A stretch of DNA of 64,000 nucleotides. It comes from Heterodontus francisci (lineage: Eukaryota). The DNA lies in contig NC_090418.1 of assembly GCF_036365525.1 (NCBI RefSeq), positions 10,602,856 through 10,666,855 on the forward strand, written 5' to 3'. The position numbers and the translations under genes are program-made. The notes beneath the pieces are model-generated. The model did not search any database, was not told where the DNA came from, and was given only the letters and a program-made list of their open reading frames with translations. Shown one piece after another: positions 33,497 to 45,405 of the stretch. The first letter of the stretch is position 1, and each line of letters opens with the position of its first letter.

Positions 33497-33821
33497 AGTT
33501 ACTCGGTATCTAACCCTGTGCTGTCCCTGTCCTGGGAGTGTTTGATAGGGAGAGTGTAGAGGGAGCTTTACTCATGTTTCTAACCCCGTTTTTTTTTTTT
33601 TCCTTATTTTTTCTTTTTTAATATTTTTTTCATTTTTTTTTTCTTTCAGGCTTCCCAATCAGAGAACAGCCAACCCCATGCTGTACCTGTGTTTGATGGG
33701 GACAGTGTTGAGGGAGCTTTACTCTGTATCTAACCCCCGTTTTTTTTGGGGGGGAATGTTTGATGGGGACAGTGAAGAGAGAGCTTTACTCTACCTAACC
33801 CATTTTTTTTTTCTTTTTTTT
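33497..33821. repeat. ~4 units of the 69-bp minisatellite, three interrupted by poly-T
   Basis: taaccccg+poly-T, taacccccg+poly-T and taaccca+poly-T. Confidence 0.8.
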
Positions 33822-35349
33822 GTCGAGGGGTCCTTTATTCTTCAGGCCCCCTTTATATACACACTTATATTTTTAAAATAACTTTATTAAAACCAGATAA
33901 ATAAACAAAAAATTCAAATTAAAATGCCATTCTCGGCGTCGACAATGCACTCCAGTCCCTGCGGTGCCCACCGGTCGCGGAAGGCCTCAAGCGTACCGGC
34001 GGACACCGCATGCTCCTTTTCCAGGGACACCCGGGCGCGAACGTAACCGCGGAAGAGGGGCAGGCAATCGGGGAGGACGGACCCCCCGACGGCCCGCAAC
34101 CTGGACCTGTGAATTGCCACCTTGGCCAGGCCCAGGAGCAGACCGACGAGGAGATCCTCCTCCCGGCCCAAGCCCCTCCGCACCGGGTGCCCAAAGATCA
34201 GGAGCGTGGGACTGAAGTGCAGCCAGAATTTGAGGAGCAGCCCCTTCAGATACTCAAATAGGGGCTGCAACCTCGCACACTCCGTATAAATGTGGAACAC
34301 GGACTCGTCCAGGCCGCAGAAAGTACAGGTGGCCTGGGAGTCCGTGAACCTACTTAAAAGCCTATTGCACGGGACTGCACTGTGCAGCACCCTCCACCCC
34401 AGGTCCCCGATGTAAAGGGGGAAGACTCCCGCGTAGAGAGACCTCCATCGGGGTTTCCCCTCGCCGCCAGATGGCAACGCGGACCGCCAGGGCGTGTCCG
34501 GCCGGCTGACGAGGGCGAGGAAGTGGAGAGTGTGCAGGAGCAGCCCGTACAGGAAACCCCTCCGCGCCGATTGGAATGGCACGGAGGGCATTTCCGAGAG
34601 GCGGCTCGGGTTGTGCGGGACCGGCTCCCGAGGAGGGTTTCGGGGCCTGGGTCCGATGAGCAGTTCTGGCCGAACAGGGGTCAGCTCTGCCGGGAGCGCT
34701 CCGCACTCCCGAGCCCCCTCTGCACCCACAGTGAGGGGCGTCCCGGGGCTTTCGGCTACTCTTCCGCCCGTCGGACCGTCCCCGGAGTCGGCCGCCCGGA
34801 CAGCCGACGCGCTCCCCCACCGGCGGTGGAGGCGACCATGTTCCAGACTCGGAATAGATCCCGGTAAAAGACAGGCAACTCCCTCAGAGAGGCGCGGCTA
34901 ACGGACTCCACCAGGAGCTGCGTGTCGTCTTGAAGGCAGTGACACTGGCGGAAAAATACGTCGCCAGCGCACACCGTCTAGGAGGACGCTCGACGTACAG
35001 GTATCTCTGCAGGGTCCGAAGGCGGAGAGTCGCAGCCTGGGTGCGGATGCACAACAGCGACTGACCGCCCTCCTCTATCGGGAGACTCAGGACCGCGGCA
35101 GAGACCCAGTGTTTCCTCTTGCCCCAGAAGAAATCGACGAGTTTCTTCTGGATCTTGGTGGCAAATACAGGGGGCGGGGCCAAAGTGACCAACCGGCCGG
35201 CTCGTGCAGAGCCAATCCCATCAACCCCCTGCGAAGCAGGCAGAGGAAGGGCTCCACGCAGACGGTATACAATTGGCCGGACATGGGGCATCCCTGACGC
35301 ACTCCTCTCACAAAGCGAAGGGGCGCTGTCAAGGACCCGTTAACTTTGA
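33822..35349 (-). mobile_element. Tx1-like 3' part (duplicate) with a private ~390-bp deletion
   Basis: 271-aa C-terminal ORF with the zinc finger; deletion junction aaccgg|ccggctc at ~35196. Confidence 0.88.
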
Positions 35350-37192
35350 ATAAGAATTAGAATTAGAATTAGAACATTACAGCGCAGTACAGGCCCTTCG
35401 GCCCTCGATGTTGCGCCGACCTGTGAAACCATCTGACCTACACTATTCCATTTTCATCCAATGACCACTTAAATGCCCTTAAAGTTGACGAGTCTACTAC
35501 TGTTGCAGGCAGGGCGTTCCACGCCCCCACTACTCTCTGAGTAAAGAAACTACCTCTGACATCTGTCCTATATCTATTACCCCTCAACTTAAAGCTATGT
35601 CCCCTCGTGTTTGCCATCACCATCCGAGGAAAAAGACTCTCACTATCCACCCTATCCAACTCTCTGATTATCTTATATGTCTCTATTAAGTCACCTCTCC
35701 TCCTCCTTCTCTCCAACGAAAACAACCTCAAGTCCCTCAGCCTTTCCTCGTAAGACCTTCCCTCCATACCAGGCAACATCCTAGTAAATCTCCTCTGCAC
35801 TCTTTCCATAGCTTCCACATCCTTCCTATAATGCGGTGACCAGAACTGCACGCAATACTCCAGGTGCGGTCTCACCAGAGTTTTGTACAGCTGCAGCATG
35901 ACCTCGTGGCTCCGAAACTCGATCCCCCTGCTAATAAAAGCTAACATTCCATATGCCTTCTTAACAGCCCTATTAACCTAGGTAGCAACCTTCAGGGATT
36001 TATGCACCTGGACACCAAGATCTCTCTGTTCATCTACACTACCAAGAATCTTCCCATTAGCCCAGTACTCTGCATTCCTGTTACTCCTTCCAAAGTGAAT
36101 CACCTCGCACTTTTCCGCATTAAACTCCATTTGCCATCTCTCAGCCCAGCTCTGCAGCCTATCTATGTCCCTCTGTACCCTACAACATCCTTCGGCACTA
36201 TCCACAACTCCACCGACCTTAGTGTCATCCGCAAATTTACTAACCCACCCTTCTACACCCTCTTCCAGGTCATTTATAAAAATGACAAACAGCAGTGGCC
36301 CCAAAACAGATCCTTGCGGTACACCACTAGTAACTAAACTCCAGGATGAACATTTGCCATCAACCACCACCCTCTGTCTTCTTTCAGCTAGCCAATTTCT
36401 GATCCAAAGCTCTAAATCACCTTCAACCCCATACTTCCGTATTTTCTGCAATAGCCTACCGTGGGGAACCTTATCAAACGCCTTACTGAAATCCATATAC
36501 ACCACATCCACGGCTTTACCCTCATCCACCTGTTTGGTCACCTTCTCGAAAAACTCAATAAGGTTTGTGAGGCACGACCTACCCTTCACAAAACCGTGCT
36601 GACTATCGCTAATGAACTTATTCTTTTCAAGATGATTATAAATCCTGTCTCTTATAACCTTTTCCAACATTTTACCCACAACCGACGTAAGGCTCACAGG
36701 TCTATAATTACCAGGGCTGTCTCTACTCCCCTTCTTGAACAAGGGAACAACATTTGCTATCCTCCAGTCTTCCGGCACTATTCCTGTCGACAATGACGAC
36801 ATAAAGATCAAGGAAAAAGGCTCTGCAATCTCCTCCCTAGCTTCCCAGAGAATCCTAGGATAAATCCCATCTGGCCCAGGGGACTTATCTATTTTCACAC
36901 TTTCCAAAATTGATAATACCTCCTCCTTGTAAACCTCAATCCCATCTAGCCTAGTAGTCTGAATCTCAGTATTCTCCTCGACAAAATTTTCTTTCTCTAC
37001 TGTAAATACTGACGCAAAATATTCATTTAACACTTCCCCTACCTCCTCTGATTCCACACACAGCTTCCCACTACTATCCTTGATTGGCCCTAATCTAACT
37101 CTAGTCATTCTTTTATTCCTGATATACCTATAGAAAGCCTTAGGGTTTTCCCTGATCCTATCCGCCAATGACTTCTCGTGTCCTCTCCTTGC
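35350..37192 (-). mobile_element. Nested CR1, least deleted copy (RT interrupted by a TAG at 35978-35980)
   Basis: 441-aa and 169-aa ORFs in the same frame; includes SKFADDTK. Confidence 0.92.
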
Positions 37193-38004
37193 TAGACACT
37201 CTGCGGTGGCGTATAAAAGTCGGACCCGGGCCACGAAATGCGGTCCGAGTCCGAAAGCGCACAGAGTCCCGAAAAGGTAGTCGTGATCCACCCTGTCGAA
37301 CACCTTCTCCTGATCGAGGGAGAGAAAGGCGACCGACTGACCAGTCCTCTGGGAAAGATGGATCAGGTCCCGGACCAGGTGGATGTTGTCCTGGATGGAC
37401 CGGCCCGGGACCGTGTAGACTGGTCGGGGTGGATCATGTGGGCCAGCACGGAGCCCAGGCGGGTAGACATAGCCCGGGCAAAGATCTTATAATCCGTGCT
37501 GAGGAGGGAGACCGGACGCCAGTTTTTAAGCAGGCGGAGATCGCCCCTCTTCGGCAGCAAGACGATGACCGCCCTGCGCCACAAGAGGGGCATCTCCCGG
37601 GTCGCCAGGCTTTCCCCCAGGACCCGCGCGTAATCGTCCCCCAGGATGTCCCAGAACGCCCTGAGGAACTCCACGGTCAACCCATCCAGCCCTGGGGATT
37701 TGCCCCTTGAGAGCTGGTGGAGGTCGCCAGTCAGCTCCGCCAACGTGAGCGGAGCCTCCAATCCTTCAGCGCCCTCCAGGCTGATCTGCAGCAGGTCCTC
37801 CCACAAAACTCTGCGCGCATCCTCGCTGGACGGATCCGGAGAGAACAACGCACTGTAATAAGTACGGACCAGGAGGCCCATTCCCTCCGGATCCGTGATG
37901 GAGGATCCGTCGTCGGCCAGCAGCTCAACGAGCTGCTTACGGACCCCCCGCCATTTTTCCAGCGAGTAGAAGAAGGGTGAGGCGCGGTCCAAATCTTCCA
38001 GGCG
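37193..38004 (-). mobile_element. Tx1-like upstream RT part (duplicate)
   Basis: 214-aa ORF as in spacer 1. Confidence 0.88.
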
Positions 38005-39947
38005 CATTTGGCAACTCCTGCATTACTCCAGCACATCTTTGTGGAGTTTTGGCCAGCCAAACCGCTGTCTTATGCAGGCTTTGGTCTTTAGTATACCGGC
38101 ATGTACAGTCACTGTAGTCCCGTGAGCCCTTCTCAATATTTCTCTCCGGTACCTCCGCGGCACCAATAACTGGTGAACTACTGTCCACTCCTTGCTCTCC
38201 GGTCTGTGAGGTGAACTCCATTTCCTCATCAGTACCACATTCCTTAATTAGTAGCAATCAGGGACTCCCTCTGCTTCACTTTCAGACTGGGCAGCCTGTG
38301 CTAACTCTCGCAATACTGGGTCGGCTCGCTGAGCCTCAGCTAGGAAAAATCCATTTAATTCATTCCCTGGGTCTCCTAATTTTCCAAAGAAAGTCTCAGA
38401 TAGACAGACCTCATGGTCATCTGCCTGCAGCGCCAATGCAGTCTCCTCTGGGGGAGTTGGTTTGATCATGGCCTGACCCACTACACATTCAGGGAAACCG
38501 CAGGGGTCCGTCTCCTTCCACCGCCCTGTCTCTCTGACCTCCTGCGGTGTTTCTTTCACTAGTGGAGGGGGTGCTACCACCTTCACCCCTGCCAGATCAT
38601 TACCTAGGAGCAGGTCAACCCTGACCACAGGCAAACTAGAGACAATCCCTATGGTCAGTGGTCCCGAAACCAGGTCGCACTCCAGGTGTACCCAGTGTAC
38701 AGGTACAGGTATACACTGCCCTCCAATACCACTCACCACCATTGTGGTGTTCACTGCACTCTCTGGGGGAAAGGTCAGGCCTTTTCCCATGAAAAGGGAT
38801 CTAGAGGCTCCTGTATCCCTGAGAATCACTATGGGCTTGCTTGCTCCACTCGAGGGCTATGGGGTTACTTTCCCTTCAGACACAAATCCCTGATAACCTT
38901 CAGGAATCTTATTAAATTTTGCTGCACTTGCAGCCGTAAGCTTCCTGGGTCTCACTCTTACTGCCGTTAAAGGCACAGCTTGTTCTGCCGTACTTTCCAT
39001 CAGGGTCCCCGTCTTCACTGAGCGGGTGGGCCCTGATTAACCGTACAGGTTTTCCCTTTATCTTCCTGCAGTCAGCTTTTTAAATGCCCTGCTTTATTAC
39101 AATGGAAGTATGCAGGTCCTCTTGCTCACAGCACCTTCCTTTCTGGCTCGAGGAGGGCCCTCTGCGTCTCCTGCTTTTCTTTCCTCCCAAGACTGCTCGG
39201 GATCCTAACCCCTTCGCACCCTTTGTCCTTTCGGGATTTGTGAGGGTGACTCGAAAACGTCCTCCCCTGGGAAACAGACTTATAAATTAAAGCAAACTCA
39301 TCGGCCAGAACGGCCGCTTGCCGGGCTCCCTGAACCTGCTGCTCCTCCACATGTGTCTTTATGGAGAATGGGAGAGAGTGTTTAAATTTCTCTAACAGGA
39401 TGACTTCTCTGAGATTCTCATAGCTGAGCTGTACTTTAAGAGCCCTCAGCCACTGGTCAAAAGCCAGCTGCTTACTTCTTGCAAACTCCAGATAAGTTTG
39501 ATGAGCTTGCTACTTGACGGTTCGAAACTTTTGCCGATAGGCTTCGGATATTAATTCACATGCGCCGAGAGCATTTTTGGTCAGTTCATAATTTGATGAA
39601 CTCTCATCTGGCAACAGGGAATAAACTTCATTGGATTTTCCAGTTAGCTTGCTCTGTAGTAAAAGAGGCCAGGTCTCAGCTGGCCATTTTAGCTGCCTTG
39701 CCAGTTTCTCAAAGGATACAAAAAAATATTTCTACATGTTCCTTATTGAGTTTTAGAATGAGTTGAGCTAGTTTTAACAATTCTGTACCCAGCCCTGAAT
39801 TATACTCCTTCATATTGGCCATGCTTTCACTGGGGTTACTCTGTCGCCCCGCATCACTCTCTTTCTTTGCATTCTTTCTGTAATGTTCTTTCTCGCTCTC
39901 GTTCCTTCTCCTGTCTTTCATTTTCTTCACGTTCCTTCTGAAGCTAC
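38005..39947 (-). mobile_element. Gmr1-like Gypsy fragment (duplicate)
   Basis: ILRDTGAS protease ORF at 38248-38829. Confidence 0.8.
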
Positions 39948-42831
39948 TTTTTTTTTATTATTCATGCATGGGATGTGGGCATCGCTGGCCAGGCCAACAT
40001 TTATTGCCCATCCCTCCTTGCCCTTGAGAAGGTGGTGGTGAGCTGCCTTCTTGAACCGCTGCAGTCCATGTGGTGTAGGCATACCCACAGTGCTGTTAGG
40101 AAGGGAGTTCCAGGATATTGACCCAGCAACAGTGAAGGAACGTTGATATAGTTCCAAGTCAGGATGGTGTGTGACTTGGAGGGGAACTTGCAGGTGGTGG
40201 TGTTCCCATGCATTTGCTGCCCTTGTCCTTCTAGGTGTTAGAGGTCGCAGGTTTGGAAGGTGCTGTCGAAGGAGCCTTGGTGCATTGTTACAGTGCATCT
40301 TGCAGATGGTACACACTGCTGCCACTGTGCGTCGGTGGTGGAGGGAGTGAATGTTGGTGGATGGGCTGCTTTGTCCTGGATGGTGTCGAGCTTCTTGAGT
40401 GTTGTTGGATCTGCACTCATCCAGGCAAGTGGAGAGTATTCCATCACACTCCTGACTTATGCCTTGTAGATGGCGGACAGGCTTTGGGGAGTCAGGAGGT
40501 GAGTTACTCACCGCAGGATTCCTAGCCTCTGACCTGCTCTTGTAGCCACGGTATTTATATGGCTACTCCAGTTCAGTTTCTGGTCAATGGTAGCCCCGAG
40601 GTTGTTGATAGTGGGGGATTCAGCGATGGTAATGCCATTGAATATCAAGGGGAGATGGTTAGATTCTCTCTTGTTGAAGACGGTCATCACCTGGCACTTG
40701 TGTGGCGCGAGTGTTACTTATCAGCCCAAGCCTGGATATTGTCCAGGTCTTGCTGCATTTCTACACGGACTGCTTCAGTATTTGAGGAGTCGCGAATGGT
40801 ACTGAACATTGTACAATTATCAACGAACATCCCCACTTCTGACCTTATGATTGAAGGAAGGTCATTGATGAAGCAGCTGAAGATGGTTGGGCCTAGGACA
40901 CTACCCTGAGGAACTCCTGCAGTGATGTCCTGGAGTTCAGATGATTGACCTCCAACAACCACAACCATCTTCCTTTGCACTAGATGTGACTCTAACCAGC
41001 GGAGGGTTTTCCTCCTGATTCCCATTGACTTCGGTTTTGCTGGGGCTCCTTGATGCCATACTCGGTCAAATGCTGCCTTGATGTCAAGGGCAGTCACTCT
41101 CACCTCACCTCTTGAGTTCAGCTCTTTTGCCCATGTTTGAACCAAGGCTGTAATGAGGTCAGGAGCTGAGTTTGCCCTGGTGGAACCCAAACTGAGCGTC
41201 ACTGAGCAGGTTATTGCAAAGCAAGAGTCACTTGATGGTCCTGTTGATGACACCTTCCATCACTTTACCGATGACTGAGAGTAGGCTGATGGGGCGGTAA
41301 TTGGCCGGGTTGTACTTGTCCTGCTTTTTGTGTACAGGACATACCTGGGCAATTTTCCACGTTGCAGGGTAGATGCCAGTGTTGTAGCTGTACTGGAACA
41401 GCTTGGCTATGGGTGCGGAAAGTTCTGGAGCACAGGTCTTCAATACTATAGCCGGTATATTCTGAGGGCCGACAGCCTTTGCGGTATCCAGTGCCTTCAG
41501 TCGTTTCATGATATCACACGGAGTGAATTGAATTGGCTGAAGTCTGGCATCAGAGATGCTGGGGAGTTCAGAAGGAGGCCGAGATGGATCATCAACTCGA
41601 CACTTCTGGCTGAAGATGGACGCAAATGTTTCAGCCTTATCTTTCGCACTGGGTTCCCCCATCATTGAGGATGGGGATATTTGTGGAGCCACCTCCTCCA
41701 GTTAGTTGTTTAATTGTCCACCAGCATTCAAGGCTGGTTGTGGCAGGAATGCAGAGCTTAGATCTGATCCGTTCGTTATGGGATCGCTTCGCTCTATCGT
41801 ATGCTGCTTACGCAGTTTGGCACACAGATAGTCCTGTGTTGTTGCTTCACCAGGTTGACACCTCATTTTGAGGTATGCCTGGTGCTGCTCCTGACATGCC
41901 CTCCTGCACTCTTCATTGAACCAGGGTTGGTCTCCTGGCTCGATGGTAATGGTAGAGTGGGGGACATGCCGGGCCATGAGGTTACAGATTGTACAATTCT
42001 GCTGCTGCTGATGGCCCACAGCGCCTCTTGGATGCCCAGATTTGCATTGCTAGATCTGTTCGAAATCTATCCCATTTAGCACGGTGATAGTGCCACACAA
42101 CACGATGGAGGGTATGCTCAATGTAAAGGCGGGACTTCGTCTTCACAAGGACTGTGTAGCGGTCACTCCCATCAATACAGTCATGGACAGATGCATCTGC
42201 GGCAGGCAGATTGGTGAGTACGAAGTCAAGTATGTTTTTCCCTCTTGTTGGTTCCCTCACCAACTGCCACAGACCCAGTCTGGCAGCTGCGTCCTTCAGG
42301 ACTCAGCCAGCTCGGTCAGTAGTGGTGCTACCGAGCCACTCTTGGTGATGAACTCTGAAGTCTCCCACCCAGAGTACATTCTGCACCCTTGCCACCCTCA
42401 GTGCTTCTTCCAAGTGGTGTTCAACATGGAGGAGTACGGACTCATCAGCTGAGGGAGGGCGGTAGGTGGTGATCAGCAGGAGGTTTCCTTGTGCACGTTT
42501 GACCCGATGCCATGAGACTTCACGGGGTGCGGAGTCGATGTTGAGAACTCCCAGGACGACTCCCTCCCTACTGTATACCACTGTGCCGCCACCTCTGCTG
42601 GGTCTGTCTTGCCAGTGGGACAGGACATACTCGTGGATAGTGATGGCAGTGTCTGGGACATTGTCTGTCAGGTCTGATTCCGTGAGTATGACGATGTCAG
42701 GTTGTTGCTTGACTGGTTTGTGGGACAGCTCTCCCAACTTTGGCACAAGCCCCCAGATGTTAGTAAGGAGGACTTTGCAGGGTCGACAGGGTTGTCATTT
42801 TCAGTACCTAGGTCGATGCCGGGTGGTCCGT
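39948..42831 (-). mobile_element. CR1/L2-group LINE (duplicate)
   Basis: Same APE/RT fragments. Confidence 0.88.
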
Positions 42832-44185
42832 CCCATTTTTAGCCATTCAAGTCAGTCATGGGCTGCTTTGCCCATTAATTCCATTTCCTTTAAAAATCTG
42901 CCTCTGTCTCAGGTTCCAATTGACCCATTATCCAGTCTGCTGTGGGGTTAACAAAAGTTCCACATTTGTATTATTGTGTTAAAGAATTCTTCCCAATTTC
43001 ACTCCTGAATAATAACCTATTAAGTTTGGCTCCCTTTAACTCCCCACGTGAAGAAAGTCTCCCTCTATCTATCCTATTAAATGCTAACATTTAAAAGGCC
43101 CTTGATTCAGCCACTCTAGAAATCATCTTCACAGGTTTATGTAACTCACCTTTAATTTCACCCCGTAAGTATTCATTCTGTTCAACATGCACTACAACTC
43201 AACCATGGCCAGAAATATCCTTCCATCCTTCCCAGATGTGGTGCCCAAAAATGAAAGCACTTTGCCAAACAGGAGTCTTGGACCAAAGTTCACTACAACT
43301 GTACCATCATGTTTGCAAAAGGCCCATATTTCAGTAAAATATTTTCTACAGATTTTAAAACCTCTGACCACTTGCAACAGCTCATTGGTCAGAAATTGTG
43401 ACTTAGCACACTCAAATTGTTATTGTCAGACTGGATTGCACAACCTCAGTCATCTGCAGTTGTCACTCTGCCTATCCATTTCGAGTGCCCCTTTGGAACT
43501 TGCTGCTCTCACTGGCACAAAACATCACTTGCAAACATTGATAATACACATCAGGATTCATTCATGTAACACAGTAGCCAGTACAGACTCTGGAACCTGA
43601 AGGATCACCACCAGTCACATCCCAGTCATTTAAAATCCTTAATGTCCCCTACCACCTCATCCAAGTCAAAGAGGCTGCCTCAGACTTGCAGGGAATCTTT
43701 TTGAAGAGGTTGAGGTCTACATCGGCAATTTGCCCAAGGACACCCTTGGTATGAAGTTCAGAACCTAACAATTAGTCATGTGCCCTTAGCATGAGAAGTT
43801 CACTAAGCAGCTCATAACTAAACTGCTCGTCCTCCCCAATGCTCGCAGCCGACAAGTGACAAACTTTGATCTGTCCTTGTTGAGGGTGACAGTCAGTTTT
43901 CCGGCTGTACGAAATGATCTGTCAATGAGAAACAGGAGAGTCCTTTACCTCAAATCAGCACAGCAATGCCTTTAGAGTGGAGTAAGCCACAAGTATATGG
44001 GGGACATTGACAAACTCAGGTGGAATGAAGATATCCATGGACCTCTATCAGGTCATTGGCCATGTCCACACAGAGCCTCTGACCTGACAGCTCCTCAAAC
44101 ATGCGGCCAAAACTCAGGAGCAAGTGACTGAAATGCAGCGTGATTTGGTAAATCATCTCAACTGATTAATTCAACCCATCCTTCC

Positions 44186-45215
44186 TAGATCAGAAATTGG
44201 CTAGCTGAAAGACACAGGGTGGTGGTTGACGGCAAATGTTCATCCTGGAGTTTAGTTACTAGTGGTGCACCACAAGGATCTGTTTTGGGGCCACTGCTGT
44301 TTGTCATTTTTATAAATGACCTGGATGAGGGTGTAGAAGGGTGGGTTAGTAAATTTGCGGATGACACTAAAGTCAGTGGAGTTGTGGGTAGTGCCGAAGG
44401 ATGTTGTAGGGTACAGAGGAACATAGATAGGCTGCAGAGCTGGGCTGAGAGATGGCAAATGGAGTTAAATGCAGAAAAGTGTGAGGTGATTCACTTTGGA
44501 AGGAGTAACAGGAATGCAGAGTACTGGGCTAATGGGAAGATTCTTGGTAGTGTAGATGAACAGAGAGATCTTGGTGTCCAGGTACATAAGTCCCTGAAAG
44601 TTGCTACCCAGGTTAATAGGGCTGTTAAGAAGGCATATGGTGTGTTAGCTTTTATTAGTAGGGGGAAAATTGAGTTTCGGAGCTACGAGGTTATGCTGCA
44701 ACTGTACAAAACTCTGGTGAGACCGCACCTGGAGTACTGTGTGCAGTTCTGGTCACCGCATTATAGGAAGAATGAGGAAGCTTTGGAAAGGGTGCAGAGG
44801 AGATTTACTAGGATGTTGCCTGGTATGGAGGGAAGGTCTTACGAGGAAAAGCTGAGGGACTTGGTTGTTTTCGTTGGAGAGAAGGAGGAGGAGAGGTGAC
44901 TTAATAGAGACATATAAGATAATCAGAGGGTTAGATAGGGTGGATAGTGAGTCTTTTTCCTCGGATGGTGATGGCAAACATGAGGGGACATAGATATAGG
45001 ACAGATGTTACAGGTAGTTTCTTTACCCAGAGTAGTAGGGGCGTGGAACGCCCTGCCTGCAACAGTAGTAGACTCGCCAACTTTAAGGGCATTGAAGTGC
45101 TAATTGGATAGATAGATGAAAATGGAATAGTGTAGGTCAGATGGTTTCACAGGTCGGCACAACATCAAGCACCAAATGGCCTGTACTGCGCTGTAATGTT
45201 CTAATCTCTTTAAAA
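44186..45215 (+). mobile_element. CR1 3' fragment (duplicate)
   Basis: 226-aa ORF at 44219-44899. Confidence 0.9.
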
Positions 45216-45386
45216 AAAAAAAATAAAAAAATTGGCCAGGCTGCAATTTGCTAGTCCAAACCCTGCACAGGTCAGTGAAATTGGTCGATTTCAATAATAA
45301 AAATGCATCAGTATCACCTAACTGGGCTCATGGCATCTTCATTGGACTTGTGAAATGAAAAAGGCAAAGATACATGTAATGATTAC

Positions 45387-45392
45387 TTTATT
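45387..45392 (-). terminator. Polyadenylation signal of ZP3 copy 3
   Basis: AATAAA 13 nt after the stop. Confidence 0.7.
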
Positions 45393-45405
45393 GATAATTC
45401 AATAA

